A DNA stretch of 64,000 nt from positions 186,001 through 250,000 of the forward strand of contig CDRNVI010000087.1 in assembly GCA_977017575.1 (NCBI GenBank), read 5' to 3'. Under the pieces are notes generated by a model, which did not search any database, was not told where the DNA came from, and saw nothing but the letters and a program-made list of their open reading frames with translations. Below, piece by piece: positions 1 to 11,966 of the stretch (its first letter is position 1; each line of letters starts with the position of its first letter). The position numbers and the translations under genes are program-made. The DNA is from Paramoeba atlantica. Taxonomy: Eukaryota > Protista > Discosea.

Positions 1-498
1 ATACGTTCAGTAGGCTTTCATTCACGCCTCCGAGTGATTTCTCATACGCAAATATCAGATTTAGCGCTCTGAGAGCAAAAATACCCAAAAATCACCCCAT
101 TTTTACCCTAAAATCGGCTATTTTTGGCTATAATCTTTGTTTTACTTTAGCTGTCCAGGCCGAATTTTCTTTTTTAGGCTTCTTTTTTAGGCTTCTTCTT
201 TTTCTTTTTTAGGCTTCTTCGTTAAACGCGGTGGTAGTTTTGAACGCGAAGCGCGCAGCATGAGTGACTTCTAAGATCCTCTAAAAAATGATCCTCTAAA
301 ATGAGATGAATAAAAATCGCATGTTCTTATTTTTGTGCTTCGAATTTTTTTGTTCATACATTTTTTTCACTATTTAGCGCTTTTTTAAATTTTCTTTTCT
401 AGGCTCTTCGTTAAACGCGGAGGTAGTTTTCAACGCGAATCGCGCAGCATGAGTGACTTCTAAGTTGAAAACAACCACCGCGTTTAACGAAGAGCCTA
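1..498 (-). mobile_element. Partial, rearranged copies of the hairpin-ended non-autonomous element family (HINE/Helentron-like), head-to-head with the copy at 545
   Basis: 1-180 matches 5893-6060. It contains the family terminal hairpin (ggctcttcgttaaacgcgg...ccgcgtttaacgaagagcc) at ~400-497 and a truncated copy at ~205-265. Confidence 0.75.
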
Positions 499-544
499 GA
501 ATTAAAGTGGCGCTGATAAATGTAAATTTTTGTTATTATCGTAT

Positions 545-1333
545 ATTTTCTTTTTTAGGCTCTTCGTTAAACGCGGTGGTTGTTTTCAACTTAGAAGTCA
601 CTCATGCTGCGCGCTTCGCGTTGAAAACTACCGCCGCGTTTAACGAAGAGCCAAAAAAAGAAAATTTAGCCTGGAAAACGGAACGATTATAGCCAAAAAT
701 AGCCGAATTTCGGGTAAAAATGGGGTGATTTTCGCGTATTTTTGCTCTCAGAGCACTAAATCCGACATTTGCGCGTGGGAAATCACTCGTAGGCATGAAT
801 GGAAGCCTACCGAACGTATTGTGTAGAGAATGCGACTCCAACCATACCATTCTTTCGACACAAAAATGCCCCTTTAGGTCCGAAACATACTTTTTCACCT
901 TTTTTAGTCAAAAATGGGTCATTTTGGGGGGCGTACCACGGTTCGAAGAAGTGATACCTTGCGAAAACAACTGCTGAGAAAGCTAGTGTAGGTCCCAAAC
1001 TATCAAAATACAATAGGGGAAACGATTTTGGAAAAATATTTTTTTTGTCATTTTTTTCGCCAAGTTGAAATTTTTTTCAAAAACATTTTTCCGAAAAAAT
1101 CCGAACTTGGCGGACCCGTCCTGCGGAAACGCGGGGGGGTCACCCCCGGGTAGGGGGGTGGAAAATGCGCGCCAAGACCCCGGCTACCCTTTCTGCGGTT
1201 TTTTTTCGAAAACTAATTTTTTCGAAAAAATTTGCTCGACCATGACCCCCCCCCTGGACCCCCCCCTGGACCCCCCCTGGACCCCCCCCCCCTGGACCCC
1301 CCGGCGACCGCAGATTGATAATGCATACTAAGC
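545..1333 (+). mobile_element. Hairpin-ended non-autonomous element, 3'-truncated
   Basis: Terminal hairpin at ~556-655. The body is colinear with 12551-13323 and is the reverse complement of part of 5237-6170. It stops at gcatactaagc. Confidence 0.8.
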
Positions 1334-1679
1334 TTCCAAGTTGGACTACAATGCTGTTGAACCAACAGCATGTGAAAAGCATGTGGTGAAAGCATCCTGC
1401 GAAACTGTTCAAAATTCCCATCTTCAAGTAAAATAGCTTGGTTTGACAGGGGAGGAGGATCCGTGAGTCTGCCGACCATCTTGTAAGAGTGCGAGAACTC
1501 ATTTTGGTTTAAGTGGCGGTGGTTTCATCATCAATGCTCGCGTCTTGTCTAAAGACGTCACCCCTGAAAGAAGAACATCGAAAAGAAAAAGAAAAATCTA
1601 CTAGTTAGTAAAAGAAAAATCAACCTAGTTTTTTTTAATTTTTTTTGTCAAAGGCAGAGTGCGGTTTTTACAGAGATGC

Positions 1680-2728
1680 AAGCAGTAGACTTCAAGTATA
1701 GATCGCAGACTTCCTTTATTTGGCTCACGGTATTTGGCCTGTGTTTCTTGCAGAGCTTAATAATACTCCAGAGATCCTCGATCGGGTTTAGATCCGGGGA
1801 GTCTGCTGGTCATCTTGGGAGTGTATGAGCACTCTTCACAGCTATGCAAAGCCGCAGAGCCTCAAACTGAGGATGAAATTTCCACCAGGTGATTGTTATG
1901 GCCTTGTGCCCAGGCGCGTTATCATCCATAGAGATTTTGTCTCCGATCTTTTCCCATGGAAGATACGTCTTCTGCAAATGTGCAACTGCGATAATATAAT
2001 TTTCGAGCCCTTTGTTTGGAGGAATGTTTGGAGGAGTGTGTTCGTTGCATTTTTTTGAATTCACACCAGTGATGAAGGAAATTGCCATCGACATCAATAG
2101 CGCCCCATAACATTATTTGAGGTGGGTGGTCCGTGGGGACTTTCGATACTAGGGAATCCGAGTTTTGCCAGGCCTTTTTGGATGAGTCCCCAACCTTTAT
2201 CATAACTTAGCCAGAAAATAGTAAGCGATAAATTTTTTTTGGCCTCGATTGTCCTGTTCTTGTAGCATTGCTTGTGCAAAGCGAACCCTGGCTTCCATCT
2301 TCGATACACTCAGATAAAGAGTACTAACTTTGGGTCCATATTGCTACTTATGGTGCGATAAAAATTGGCGTACCTATTGCGAGAAGGGATGATCTTGAAG
2401 CTTGTGAGCTTCACGTACGCACATGGAATATCTGTAATCGTACGATACGAGCCCTACATAAAAATCGCTTACGGCAAACGATCAGTAGCCGCGTCGTAAT
2501 GTTCCCATTTAATAATGGAACTGTTATCATCCTGCTCCTCTCCGATAGAAACCTTGACAGGAAAATTCCAGAGTGGACAAGGACTGGTAGAGAGCTGGTA
2601 TCTCGAGGTTTTCTTTGAAAATACTGTTCTAGAAATTCTTTACCTTCCATTGTTACTGCTTTAAAGGGCTGAAACCACCTGAGTTTAGTTGGGCTCTCCG
2701 GGGTTTGCCCAAGTTTGCGTTTTTTCAA
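1680..2728 (-). pseudogene. Tc1/IS630-like transposase pseudogene
   Basis: Frameshifted fragments IMLWGAIDVDG, DDNAPGH and (RC of ~1790-1810) SPDLNPIE-like; paralog at 36515-37597. Confidence 0.75.
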
Positions 2729-3216
2729 TATTGCATTGGACTACTCAACTTCTTAAAGCACAGCATACAATTTTTTTTTTCTCACAATACAATGTAACAT
2801 ATAATGTATCTTTTTGGATTTCACCTTTATCCTCAGTACAATGCTCAATTATGCTCTTCCGCCTGCCGAAGATGGGTTCATCTAAAACGACTTCTCCTCT
2901 CCGGATTCTGGAAATACGGCTCCTGAGAAAGTGAGTGGTATTTATACTGCCATTTATAGACTGACCCGCCCCGTTTAAGCGCACCGGGACAGCCCCCCGT
3001 TTAAGCGCACATTTTGGAAACGAGTTTTTCCCGTTTATTCCTGTCAAAGCGCAGACATCAAACGCTTTCTTGAAAACTCCTATGAAGGAGTATTGAAAGG
3101 AAAGGTATTGATTTTGCACAAATCAATGTGTTGACTGTATTCTACATGCCATAACATACATAACAACAAACAGCGATTGATTTGAAAGGCTTAAAGTTTT
3201 ACTTTTTGCATACGTT

Positions 3217-3906
3217 TTGTATATGGACGACACAGCTCCGAATTTATCATATCCACGCGCAGCCAAAGTTAGAGGGAACTTGCCACAGGAATTCAAGCTA
3301 GCGCAACTTGTCAAGGATATTGAGAATCCGTTTCTCTCCTGGAATACATCTACCTCTGCATGCAAATGGAAAGGCATTGTGTGTGCCGATGGTACACATA
3401 TCAGCGAAATATATTGGAGCGCGACCAAATCATTGCCACCGCACCTAAGATTGAAGTCTCCTTCAGGAAACGTTTTTTCCGGTAGGCTTCATTTGCAACA
3501 TTTACCGCAATCCTTGGAAAAGCTTTATGTTGCAGGAAATCGACTAAATGGAATCATGGACTTAACTCGACTTCCTCAGGGCTTAACATTTCTTTCTTTG
3601 TGTAAGAACTTTTTTTCGGGCAACGTAGTCCTTGATTGCTTACCACAGACCTTGGCACATATCAACATCGGACATAATCAGCTGACCGGGTGTCTTGATT
3701 TTCGTCACCTACCAGTAACACTGAGAGCGTTATTCTGCTACGACAATAACTTTGATACTCTAGTTCCGGTTCAAAATCTTCCCTCGGAATTAAAGTATCT
3801 CCATCTTCAAAATAATCCTGAGTTGAAAGGTGTTCTTGAAAAGTCTACTTTTCCTGCGATCCTGACAAGTGTTGACGTCACCGGCACAAGGCTCACACTC
3901 CGGTAG
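3217..3906 (+). CDS. Leucine-rich repeat protein (LRRNT-like cap plus ~5 LRRs); first ATG at 3223
   Basis: Cap KVRGNLPQEF...SWNTSTSACKWKGIVC followed by LPxxLxxLxxxxNxFxG repeats. Confidence 0.85.
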   Translation: MYMDDTAPNLSYPRAAKVRGNLPQEFKLAQLVKDIENPFLSWNTSTSACKWKGIVCADGTHISEIYWSATKSLPPHLRLKSPSGNVFSGRLHLQHLPQSLEKLYVAGNRLNGIMDLTRLPQGLTFLSLCKNFFSGNVVLDCLPQTLAHINIGHNQLTGCLDFRHLPVTLRALFCYDNNFDTLVPVQNLPSELKYLHLQNNPELKGVLEKSTFPAILTSVDVTGTRLTLR

Positions 3907-5236
3907 ATGTGCTGGACTGGATATTTTTTATTCCCTTTAATAAAATTTAATATAAAAGAAACTTAGAAAGCATAAAAAATACAAATCTTCCCCTTTGTAA
4001 TGTGTAGTAAGGTATAAACATATCTATTAGAAAGTGTACATAGTGTTAGCAAAGTATGCACATAGAGGATACTCACTTATTAAGAGAGGGGGGCACGAAT
4101 GTGGCAAGTATTCTGTCATATTCAGCCGATCACAAAAGATTTGTCCCTTGGTAGGGTAGTGTTAATGTTGTAGCAAACTCACGCTACGAAGAGGAGCGCG
4201 TTTTTTGAAAAACAATCTTGTTCGTTTGACGTTTAACTTGCCTATATACTGCATACGTGGCGTATAAATTTATACTTGCGCTTAGACGCATGCTGATGTA
4301 TACCACCTGACATTCTCGACGAAAAGTCCGGACATTCTTGAAAAATAATGACTAAAAACAGGCAATATCAGAAGAGTTACGGGCGTGTTCATTGAAGGGA
4401 TGTAAAAGAGTAAAAGGAATTTCTTTTGAGCACGAAGACTAAATCTTTGTGTTGCGTACAAAGAATAAATAGGACAATAAAAAGATAGCGCTCGTTGGAT
4501 GCCAAGAAGAAAAAATTTAATCAAAGGAAGAATATTTTGCCCTGTTCACTGTTAAACACATCACAGTAAACTTAAAAATCCGGACAATATCAGTATGAGT
4601 TAGAGTTCATCTGTGCTCTCGTCCCCCACAGAGAGGATCGGACCCACTTTCTTCGGCTGACTTCCAGCCGTCTTCCAGCGCGTCCCAGCACTTTCCTTGA
4701 AAATAAGGCCGATTTTCGGTCCCCACCTATTCCGTTCGTTGACCCCTTCTTTCTCTCCGTCGTGATCCTTTTCTATCTTTATATCTTTCAGAGAATTGAG
4801 ATGCGATTCTGTCAACTTTGAGCTCTGACTTAAGTCCACAATTATATTTGTCAAAAACTGAACTTTTAACTTCGACGAAACGCGAACATTTTGCCTCACA
4901 TCTGAGCATGAGTCTCTAATGGGTCACCCTTGTAGAATGTCTACGAATCCTAGACAGCCATCGAGGATTCATCTTAGGGGGCGTTACTTTGATTCCACGG
5001 GATTCATTAGGTTAAAGGACAAAGACAGTATATGAATCAAAGAAAAATTACTGTACACTCCGTTTATATAGCCTCGACCCCTCCCCCCTTTATAGGTTCT
5101 TTTTTTTAGCAAACTGAGGAAGATTTGTCTTTCTGTAACACTTTCTGTGCCAACTTTCAATCGCCCTCCCCCTTTATAGGTTCATTTAGGCAAAAGCGAG
5201 GCTATTATAACAAGGTACAGTAAGTATTACAGTAAG

Positions 5237-6170
5237 TTGCGGTGGTTGTAAAACTACCGCTCTACACTCGATTATTGAAAAAAAAGTGAACAAAAACAGT
5301 GAAAATATAAAGAGGAACACAGTAATATAATAGAAGAAAAAAATATAAAAGGGGGCTCCGGTGGTCCAAAACTGAAATTTTTTTTAACAAAAATGGGGGG
5401 TCCATGGGAGGGGGTCCAGGGGGGGGGTCCAGGGGGGGGGTCCAGGGGGGGGGTCCAGGGGGGGGGCATGGTCGAGCAAATTTTTTCGAAAAAATTAGTT
5501 TTCGAAAAAAAACCGCAGAAAGGGTAGCCGGGGTCTTGGCGCGCATTTTCCACCCCCCTACCCGGGGGTGACCCCCCCGCGTATCCGCAGGACGGGTCCG
5601 CCAAGTTCGGATTTTTTCGGAAAAAATTTTTTGAAAAAAATTTCAACTTGGCGAAAAAAATGACAAAAAAAATATTTTTCCAAAATCGCTTCGCCTATTG
5701 TATTTTGATAGTTTGGGACCTACACTAGCTTTCTACGCAGTTGTTTTCGCAAGGTATCACTTCTTCGAACTGTGGTGCGCCCCCCAAAATGACCCATTTT
5801 TGACTAAAAAAGGTGAAAAAGTATTTTTCGGACCTAAAGGGGCATTTTTGTGTCGAAAGAATGGTATGGTTGGAGTCGTATTCTCTACCCAATACGTTCG
5901 GTAGGCTTTCATTCATGCTTGCGAGTGATTTCCCACGCGCAAATGTCGGATTTAGTGCTCTGAGAGCAAAAATATGCGAAAATGACCCCATTTGTACCCG
6001 AAATTCGGCTATTTTTGGCTATAATCTTTCCGTTTTCCGGGCTAAATTTTCTTTTTTAGGCTCTTCGTTAAACGCGGCGGTAGTTTTCAACGCGAAGCGC
6101 GCAGCATCAGTGCCTTCTAAGTTGAAAGCAACCACCGCGTTTAACGAAGAGCCTAAAAAAGAAAATTTAG
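5237..6170 (-). mobile_element. Complete-looking 934-bp hairpin-ended non-autonomous element
   Basis: Absent from the paralogous segment, where the empty site reads cagtaag|tattataac at 40058/40059. Small hairpin gcggtggttgtaaaactaccgc at one end and a ~50-bp-arm hairpin at the other. Confidence 0.85.
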
Positions 6171-6423
6171 TATTATAACAGTAGTTCTTTACTATAATTT
6201 AATCTATATAATCTGTATCTATCTATATATCATTATATATAATAAACCCCCGCTCACGAATAAGTGACCCCCCCCCTTATTTTTAGCACAGGGGGGCGTG
6301 GGTGGGTTATCATACCACTTTTTCGTTCAAAATTTCGAGATCTGTACGTTCCCGCTGTTTTTAGCTCATTTTAAAATTTAGTCAAAAATAATAATTGCTT
6401 TTTCAACATTTTTTTTCCCAAAA

Positions 6424-7158
6424 ATGACCAAATTACCATATCGGCTCCCAAAAGGGGAGCTTACGGATAGTGGCAAGGTTCTTTTGAAGATGAGACAGGG
6501 AGAAGGTGTTCCGATAAAACAATTATCCCGTGATTTTAACGTCTCTAGAAGAATAATCAAAAAATATCTGAACGAAAAGAAATGTAGCGGAGAATACACT
6601 CTGAGTCCTGTGACCATTAAAAAAATCGAATCTCGCAAAAAGAAAATTGAAAAGATATTGGCTCCTCTCGACCCCGCTGGGGTACCAAAATTCAATTCTT
6701 CAAGGCGTATAAAAGGCCAACTGTGTAGGTATACAAGTTTCTACAAGTAAGGTATACAAGTTTCGCAAAGCACTGTAAAGCGAGGTCTAGCATCGCTGGA
6801 TTACAATTATGCCGCTCGGCCAGTATGCCAAGGGCTTGCCGAGCGACAAAAGCAAAAAAGAGTTCAATTTGCTTTGAATTACTGTAATTCAAATGTAATT
6901 TACAAATTGGATACTGCCCGTGTTATTTTTACGGGCGAAAAGATATTTGATACCAACGATAGCAGAAGACACATGTGGGTAAAGCGCGGTCAAAAAGCAG
7001 CCCCGCGTCAAAAAGTACGTTGGGCACCAAGATGCCAAGTTTGGGGTGCTGTAGGGGTGGAGGTATTTGGTTATTCTACGAAATGACACATCTATTACAA
7101 GTGAGACGTACATAGAAACATTAAACTTCTTTAACTCAAAAAGTGATCGACAAAATAG
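6424..7158 (+). pseudogene. Tc1-like transposase pseudogene, internally deleted
   Basis: Homologous to 40307-41309 (VIFTGEKIFDTND...PRCQVWGAVG), with frameshifts. Truncated at the pogo-like TIR. Confidence 0.8.
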
Positions 7159-7410
7159 TAAACCGGGGGACGGAATAATATTAAGTTGCTGAAACTTAAT
7201 AATAACTTGACAACTTAATAATAACCTGTCAAACTTAATAATAACCTGTCAACGTTTTGAAACTTAATATTAACTTGTCGGCGGGTTATTATTAAGTTTG
7301 TAATAAAATTAACAAATTGTTTTTTTATGTATGCAATCTTTAACAATATTTTTTTTATCTGAATCTTTACCCGACTTCATAAACTTCATAAATCTTTCTT
7401 TTCTTTACCT

Positions 7411-8890
7411 TTATTCGGTGGAGCGTCGTGGGTTACACCATTTATCGAGCCGTCCTTGGAATGATTTTCGTGCCTGGACGCTTTTCCCACGCTTAAAGGC
7501 ATCTTCGATTCTCTTAGCTTCGTCTCTCTCATCGTCATCGCTTGGTGGAACAAAGACATATCCTTCTAAACATTTCACATGCGACCACGATGCATCACAA
7601 AGGTCGATATACCCCAAGCTTTTGAATTGTTGAACAACGTTCATAGAAGAGGAAAGGGTCCCTGATTCATCAAGAGAGTCGTTGTCGAGGTTTATAACTT
7701 GTTCGTGCGCTCGGGCAACGGCATTATGCATCCATTGTCTTTTTTGGCGGGCGGTCCGACGGATATGTTGTTCTCTGTGCCAAATGTTTACTTGCTCGCG
7801 TTTGTACGAAGAAGCATAAAATACATCAATCCATTGGATCCAGGATGTTGTTGCAGGGGGTAATATGGCACAATAGCAGTTAGCCACAGTGGCAAACGCA
7901 TCGAGAACGTCACTTGTTATGTGAGATCGGAAGGAGTCTAGATAAATTAAAGTGTGGCCTGCTTCATTTATATCCAGTTCACGTTTGAGAAAGGGAATAA
8001 AGTCTTGGAGAAAAAAATCTTTGTTCACGACACCTTTCGGAGTAAAAGCTCGAGCCGTCCTTGCATCAAATATCTCGTGACTAGATCCTTCTCCAGCTCC
8101 TTTCCACACGATAAAAGGTTTTAGAAAGAAATGATTCGTTGGACTTCCATTTTTATCCAGTTTCACGCCAGCACCGCAGATAAGCGTTGCGCATCGCTTC
8201 ATATCATTCGGATTGCAACGCCCTCGTACATCTTCTTCTCCTCGCTGTGCAATTGTTTTTAAAGATTTCATGGACCCGCGAAATGATATGGGAATTTCAT
8301 CAAAATTCAGAACGGAACGAAACTTTTTTGTTTTAAGACAACGATAGGCAAACGTATGAAAGGAATGAATTCTTTTCTCTATCTCTTCACTTGATAGCTG
8401 AGTTGATCTCTTTACTAATCTTATAGACCATTTGTAAGAGTGGAGGAATCTCCCTATCCAACGTTCGCTTACTCTTGTAATCCCCCGTGTTTTGTTCTGC
8501 TCTAGTGATTTGCGGTTTTCCTTTTTCAGCATGCGAAATGCCTCTTGGCGCACCATCTCGGTTGTTACCAAAGCATCGTTCTCTCGAGCTCCAAGAATAA
8601 AATAATGCAATTGTTGTTTTAACCATTTCAGTTTATGCCCCTTTACATGCCTTTTACGCTTTTGACTATGCCTAGGGATATTAGAGTATGCCATAACTTG
8701 CTTTTTGTTAAAAATGTGGACACGTTTCTTAGGGAATCGCTCGTCGATCCAAGAGTTTAACTTGCGGTGTGATCCATAAGCATCTCGATCTTGTTGCGAC
8801 CAGGAAATCCACTTCTCATATATTACACGCTTTTGTCTAGCCGTGGGTTCCACTCGACCGCGCACACCCTGGTCTATAGGACGCCCCGTA
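7411..8890 (-). pseudogene. pogo-family (CENP-B/HTH_Tnp_Tc5 + DDE_1) transposase, C-terminal part; the acidic N-terminal part lies at ~10455-10849
   Basis: CENP-B-like helix region (VTTEMVRQEA...SERWIGRF), LNFDEIP, LIYLDSFRSH and ILPPATTSWIQWID, which is DDE_1-like. Confidence 0.8.
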
Positions 8891-8892
8891 TA

Positions 8893-10452
8893 CATGGGGG
8901 GTCACGAAAAGAGTGGGGGGTCTAAAATTTGTACCGTGCGAGCTTTTGACCTAATTCCTTCGGCATTCAACAGATCTCGAAATTTTAAGACTATGTGAGT
9001 TATAACTACTTAGGCATATAAAGTTAAGTGATAATGGTGAGTCGGCAAAAAACAGGTTTTTTTGTTTTTTGCATATTTGGATTTTCTCATTATTTCATTA
9101 TTGATCCCCCGTTTTTTTCTCGAAGAAGTCTGATTCGGGACGGGAAGCTCGTCAAAGTATTATTATACGATGCTTTCATATCAGATAATAGATAATCAAG
9201 CGCTTTTAGAATTGCAGCTTGTAGTTCCTTACGGTTTGTGGGGCGGAGAGTAAATTTTATGTGGTGATCCATCATGCTCCACAAATTTTCAATTAAATTT
9301 AAATCCGGCGACTTGGCAGGCCAATCAGGAATGCTGATACCCATGTCTCTGCCGACGCGGCGAGCGTGATTATGGCCCGGAGCGTTATCCATGATCACTG
9401 TTGCCGCTGGTTTACGCTTTAACCAGTTGTAGAAACCATTTCGTTTTGTCATGGCAGAGAGAAACGTTTCATTAGTGACCGTCTCATTCTCCGCAAACTC
9501 ATGAAAACAGTGAAGCTTGGGAACCCCCCATTCAAGGCTCACCGCCATCCAAATATGAACCCCCTTTCCTCCGAAATATTTCTCAACATCTTTTGGTACC
9601 TCAAGGGGTTCATCTGACCTTTTGCAAATGTATCAAATATTGCGTGAGTGGTACCCGCATTTAAAAATCTTTTCATCGGTCCACAGAATACGGGCGTATT
9701 GAAAAGGGGTGAACCTCTCCAAACGATTTGCCAACTCCAGGCGGTCGAATTTGTGCTGAGGCGTGAGATGAGGAACTTTCCTCATTTTTCTGCTTATGTA
9801 CCCGCTCCTTTTCAGTGATCTTTTCACAGACGAAAGAGAGCATGGGTACTTGGTTTGATCGATCGGGCGGTGAACCCACCTCCAAGATGGACAGCCAATG
9901 GGACTACGTTGATTTTCTTCATCTACAATAGATTCTAACATTATTCGAAACTCTTCATTATCAATCGCATTCTTACGTATGTATTTTATACGTTCTAACC
10001 CTCCTGTCTCCCGGTGGCGTTTAGCCCATCGAGAGACAGTTGCTTCACTGCATTTCATAAGAGCAGCAGTGTCTGTAATCGAACGTCCCTGGTTTTGTAC
10101 CTCATGGACGCAAATTACACGTGTTTCATAAGTGATTTGTTGCGTCGAGAGGGTGCGCCTCTGGCGGCGAAGTGTTTTCGGCATAAAAGATGTGTTAGAA
10201 AGAGTTAAGTGGTATTTTATTCATAGATTAATGGGCTAAAATGATAAAAAATGATAAAAATCCATTTTTTTGCAGAATTTTCAGGTAAAAAATTCAGTAA
10301 AATTTTATCATGACGTCATATCAGCTTCAGGGGCGGCAACAATGGTGCCAGTAGTCTTAAAATTTCGAGATCTGTTGAATGCCGAAGGAATTAGGTCAAA
10401 AGCTCGCACGGTACAAATTTTAGACCCCCCACCTTTTTCGTGACCCCCCCTG
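8893..10452 (-). mobile_element. Tc1/IS630-like transposon with ~100-bp TIRs and TA TSD; transposase 9090-10184 has one in-frame TGA at 9633-9635
   Basis: TIRs 8893-8992 and 10352-10452, TA at 8891-2 and 10453-4. HTH, ILWTDE, IMDNAPGH and WPAKSPDLNLIE are all in one frame. Confidence 0.9.
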
Positions 10453-11324
10453 TATACTACGCAGTGTTGTTTTTTGCGCTCGTTCACTTGTCTTTCCCTC
10501 CAACAGTCAGCTCCGCTCCGTTATCTTTATCATCCGAAGTTGAATTACTCTTAATTTTACTTTCGCTCGCACTTTCAACATTATATCCTATTTCTTCGTC
10601 TGAATTCACACTTTCACATTCGCTTTCACAATTGCTTTCACTTTCGCTCTCGCTAGCACTTTCACTTTCTCCATCGCTTCCGCTACCAATTACGTCCGAC
10701 GAGTCATCAAGCATTTCTACCCCTTCATCATCCTCAAAGGAAATAATCTCATCGTTTTCCTGAACGTAGGTTGGGTCACACTCTGCCTGAGCCAATCTAT
10801 GAAGGGTCAAACTTTCGGCAAAAAATCTCCTTCTCCCATCGAAAAACACAAACTTAATAATAACTTGACAACTTAATAATGACTTGTCCAGCTTAATAAT
10901 AACCTGTCTAGCTTAATAATAACTTGTCTAACTTAATAATAAACCGCAACTTAATAATAAACCGCATCTTAATATTATTCCGTCCCCCGGTTTATATTAT
11001 TCAAATAACGCTATATTATTCAAATAGAGCCACCTAACACTATATTATTCAAATAACACTATATTATTCAAATTCCGATTTGAATAATATACCGTTCCCC
11101 GGGTTACAAAAAATAAGGGGGGGTGCCTTTTTCATGTCTAGGGGTTTAAGCGTTTATAAGCGAGGGGGGGTTACAAAAGATGACCATACTGTATGGAAGA
11201 AGGAGGTTTAAGGAGGAAGAATAACATTTTTTTGTTCCACTAAAGAGACTACGGTGACCCCCGGTTTACGTGATATGTCAAATTTTTTACAATTGCACTC
11301 TCTTGATTTCAGCTTATTTTTTTC

Positions 11325-11966
11325 ATGCCTTCGAACTCGCAAAAATGCACGCATCTTTTCGTTATACACGCTGTAGGTGCGTCGGACACAACTCCTTCCT
11401 ACCATCGTGGCCCTTCTAAAGTCCGTGGTGTTTCGATACCACAGGAATACAAATTGGCTCGATTGATTGATGACATTGAACATAATTTTCCGTCTTGGAA
11501 GGAGTCAACACCTGCTTGTAAGTGGGATGGGGTTAAATGCGATGAACAAAGTCAAATTATCCACTTGAAGTGGGGTGGCCGTGACTTAGAAGGACAACTG
11601 AATTGGATCTATATGCCTCTTCTATTGCAATCGTTAGAGTTATGGAGGAACCAACTTACGGGCGAGGTGCCATTTGATAGTTTACCCCCCACTTTGGAAA
11701 GCCTAGTACTCCATGACAACGAATTTAACGGCAACCCCAATTTTCTGCACTTGCCCCCTCCACTCAAAGCACTAAACATTCGGTACAATAGGTTTAAGGG
11801 CCTTGTAGCGTTTTTTTCTCTTCCATCTTCTTTGCGCCGCTTAGATTTGCGAGGAAATATTTATCTGGAAGGCACTCTGGATGTCAAAGGATTGCAGGAG
11901 CATCTATGTTATGATGTTCGAGATACACATATTACAGTGGACGATGAACCATTATATCGCATATGA
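11325..11966 (+). CDS. Leucine-rich repeat protein
   Basis: KVRGVSIPQEY...SWKESTPACKWDGVKC cap plus LRRs. Confidence 0.85.
   Translation: MPSNSQKCTHLFVIHAVGASDTTPSYHRGPSKVRGVSIPQEYKLARLIDDIEHNFPSWKESTPACKWDGVKCDEQSQIIHLKWGGRDLEGQLNWIYMPLLLQSLELWRNQLTGEVPFDSLPPTLESLVLHDNEFNGNPNFLHLPPPLKALNIRYNRFKGLVAFFSLPSSLRRLDLRGNIYLEGTLDVKGLQEHLCYDVRDTHITVDDEPLYRI

Larger units (their letters stand above)
7161..10992 (-). mobile_element. pogo/Tigger-like DNA transposon interrupted by a nested Tc1-like element
   Basis: TIR AACCGGGGGACGGAATAATATTAAG at 7161 and its reverse complement ending at 10992. TA on both flanks and aacttaataataac subterminal repeats at both ends. Confidence 0.85.

Noticed and set aside
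400-655. Invertible (flip-flop) hairpin loop
   Set aside because: Loop orientation always follows the orientation of the whole element copy; there is no independent inversion.
453-1502. Numerous short ORFs in the hairpin-element copies (also 5262-6178, 12543-13391 and array antisense ORFs)
   Set aside because: They arise from repeated non-coding DNA with G/C homopolymers; frames are not conserved between copies.
4282-4909. Short ORFs in the duplicated intergenic segment
   Set aside because: Not conserved as ORFs in the paralog at ~39100-39730 and no recognisable motifs.
9633-9635. Stop-codon reassignment (in-frame TGA here, TAA at 61882)
   Set aside because: Host genes end in normal TAA/TAG/TGA and have no internal stops; the affected elements have other lesions or are TE copies.
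10996-11095. SL-like 5' sequence (aataacgctatattatt)
   Set aside because: Part of a local tatattattcaaat tandem repeat and lacks the ACAGTTTCTGTAC core.
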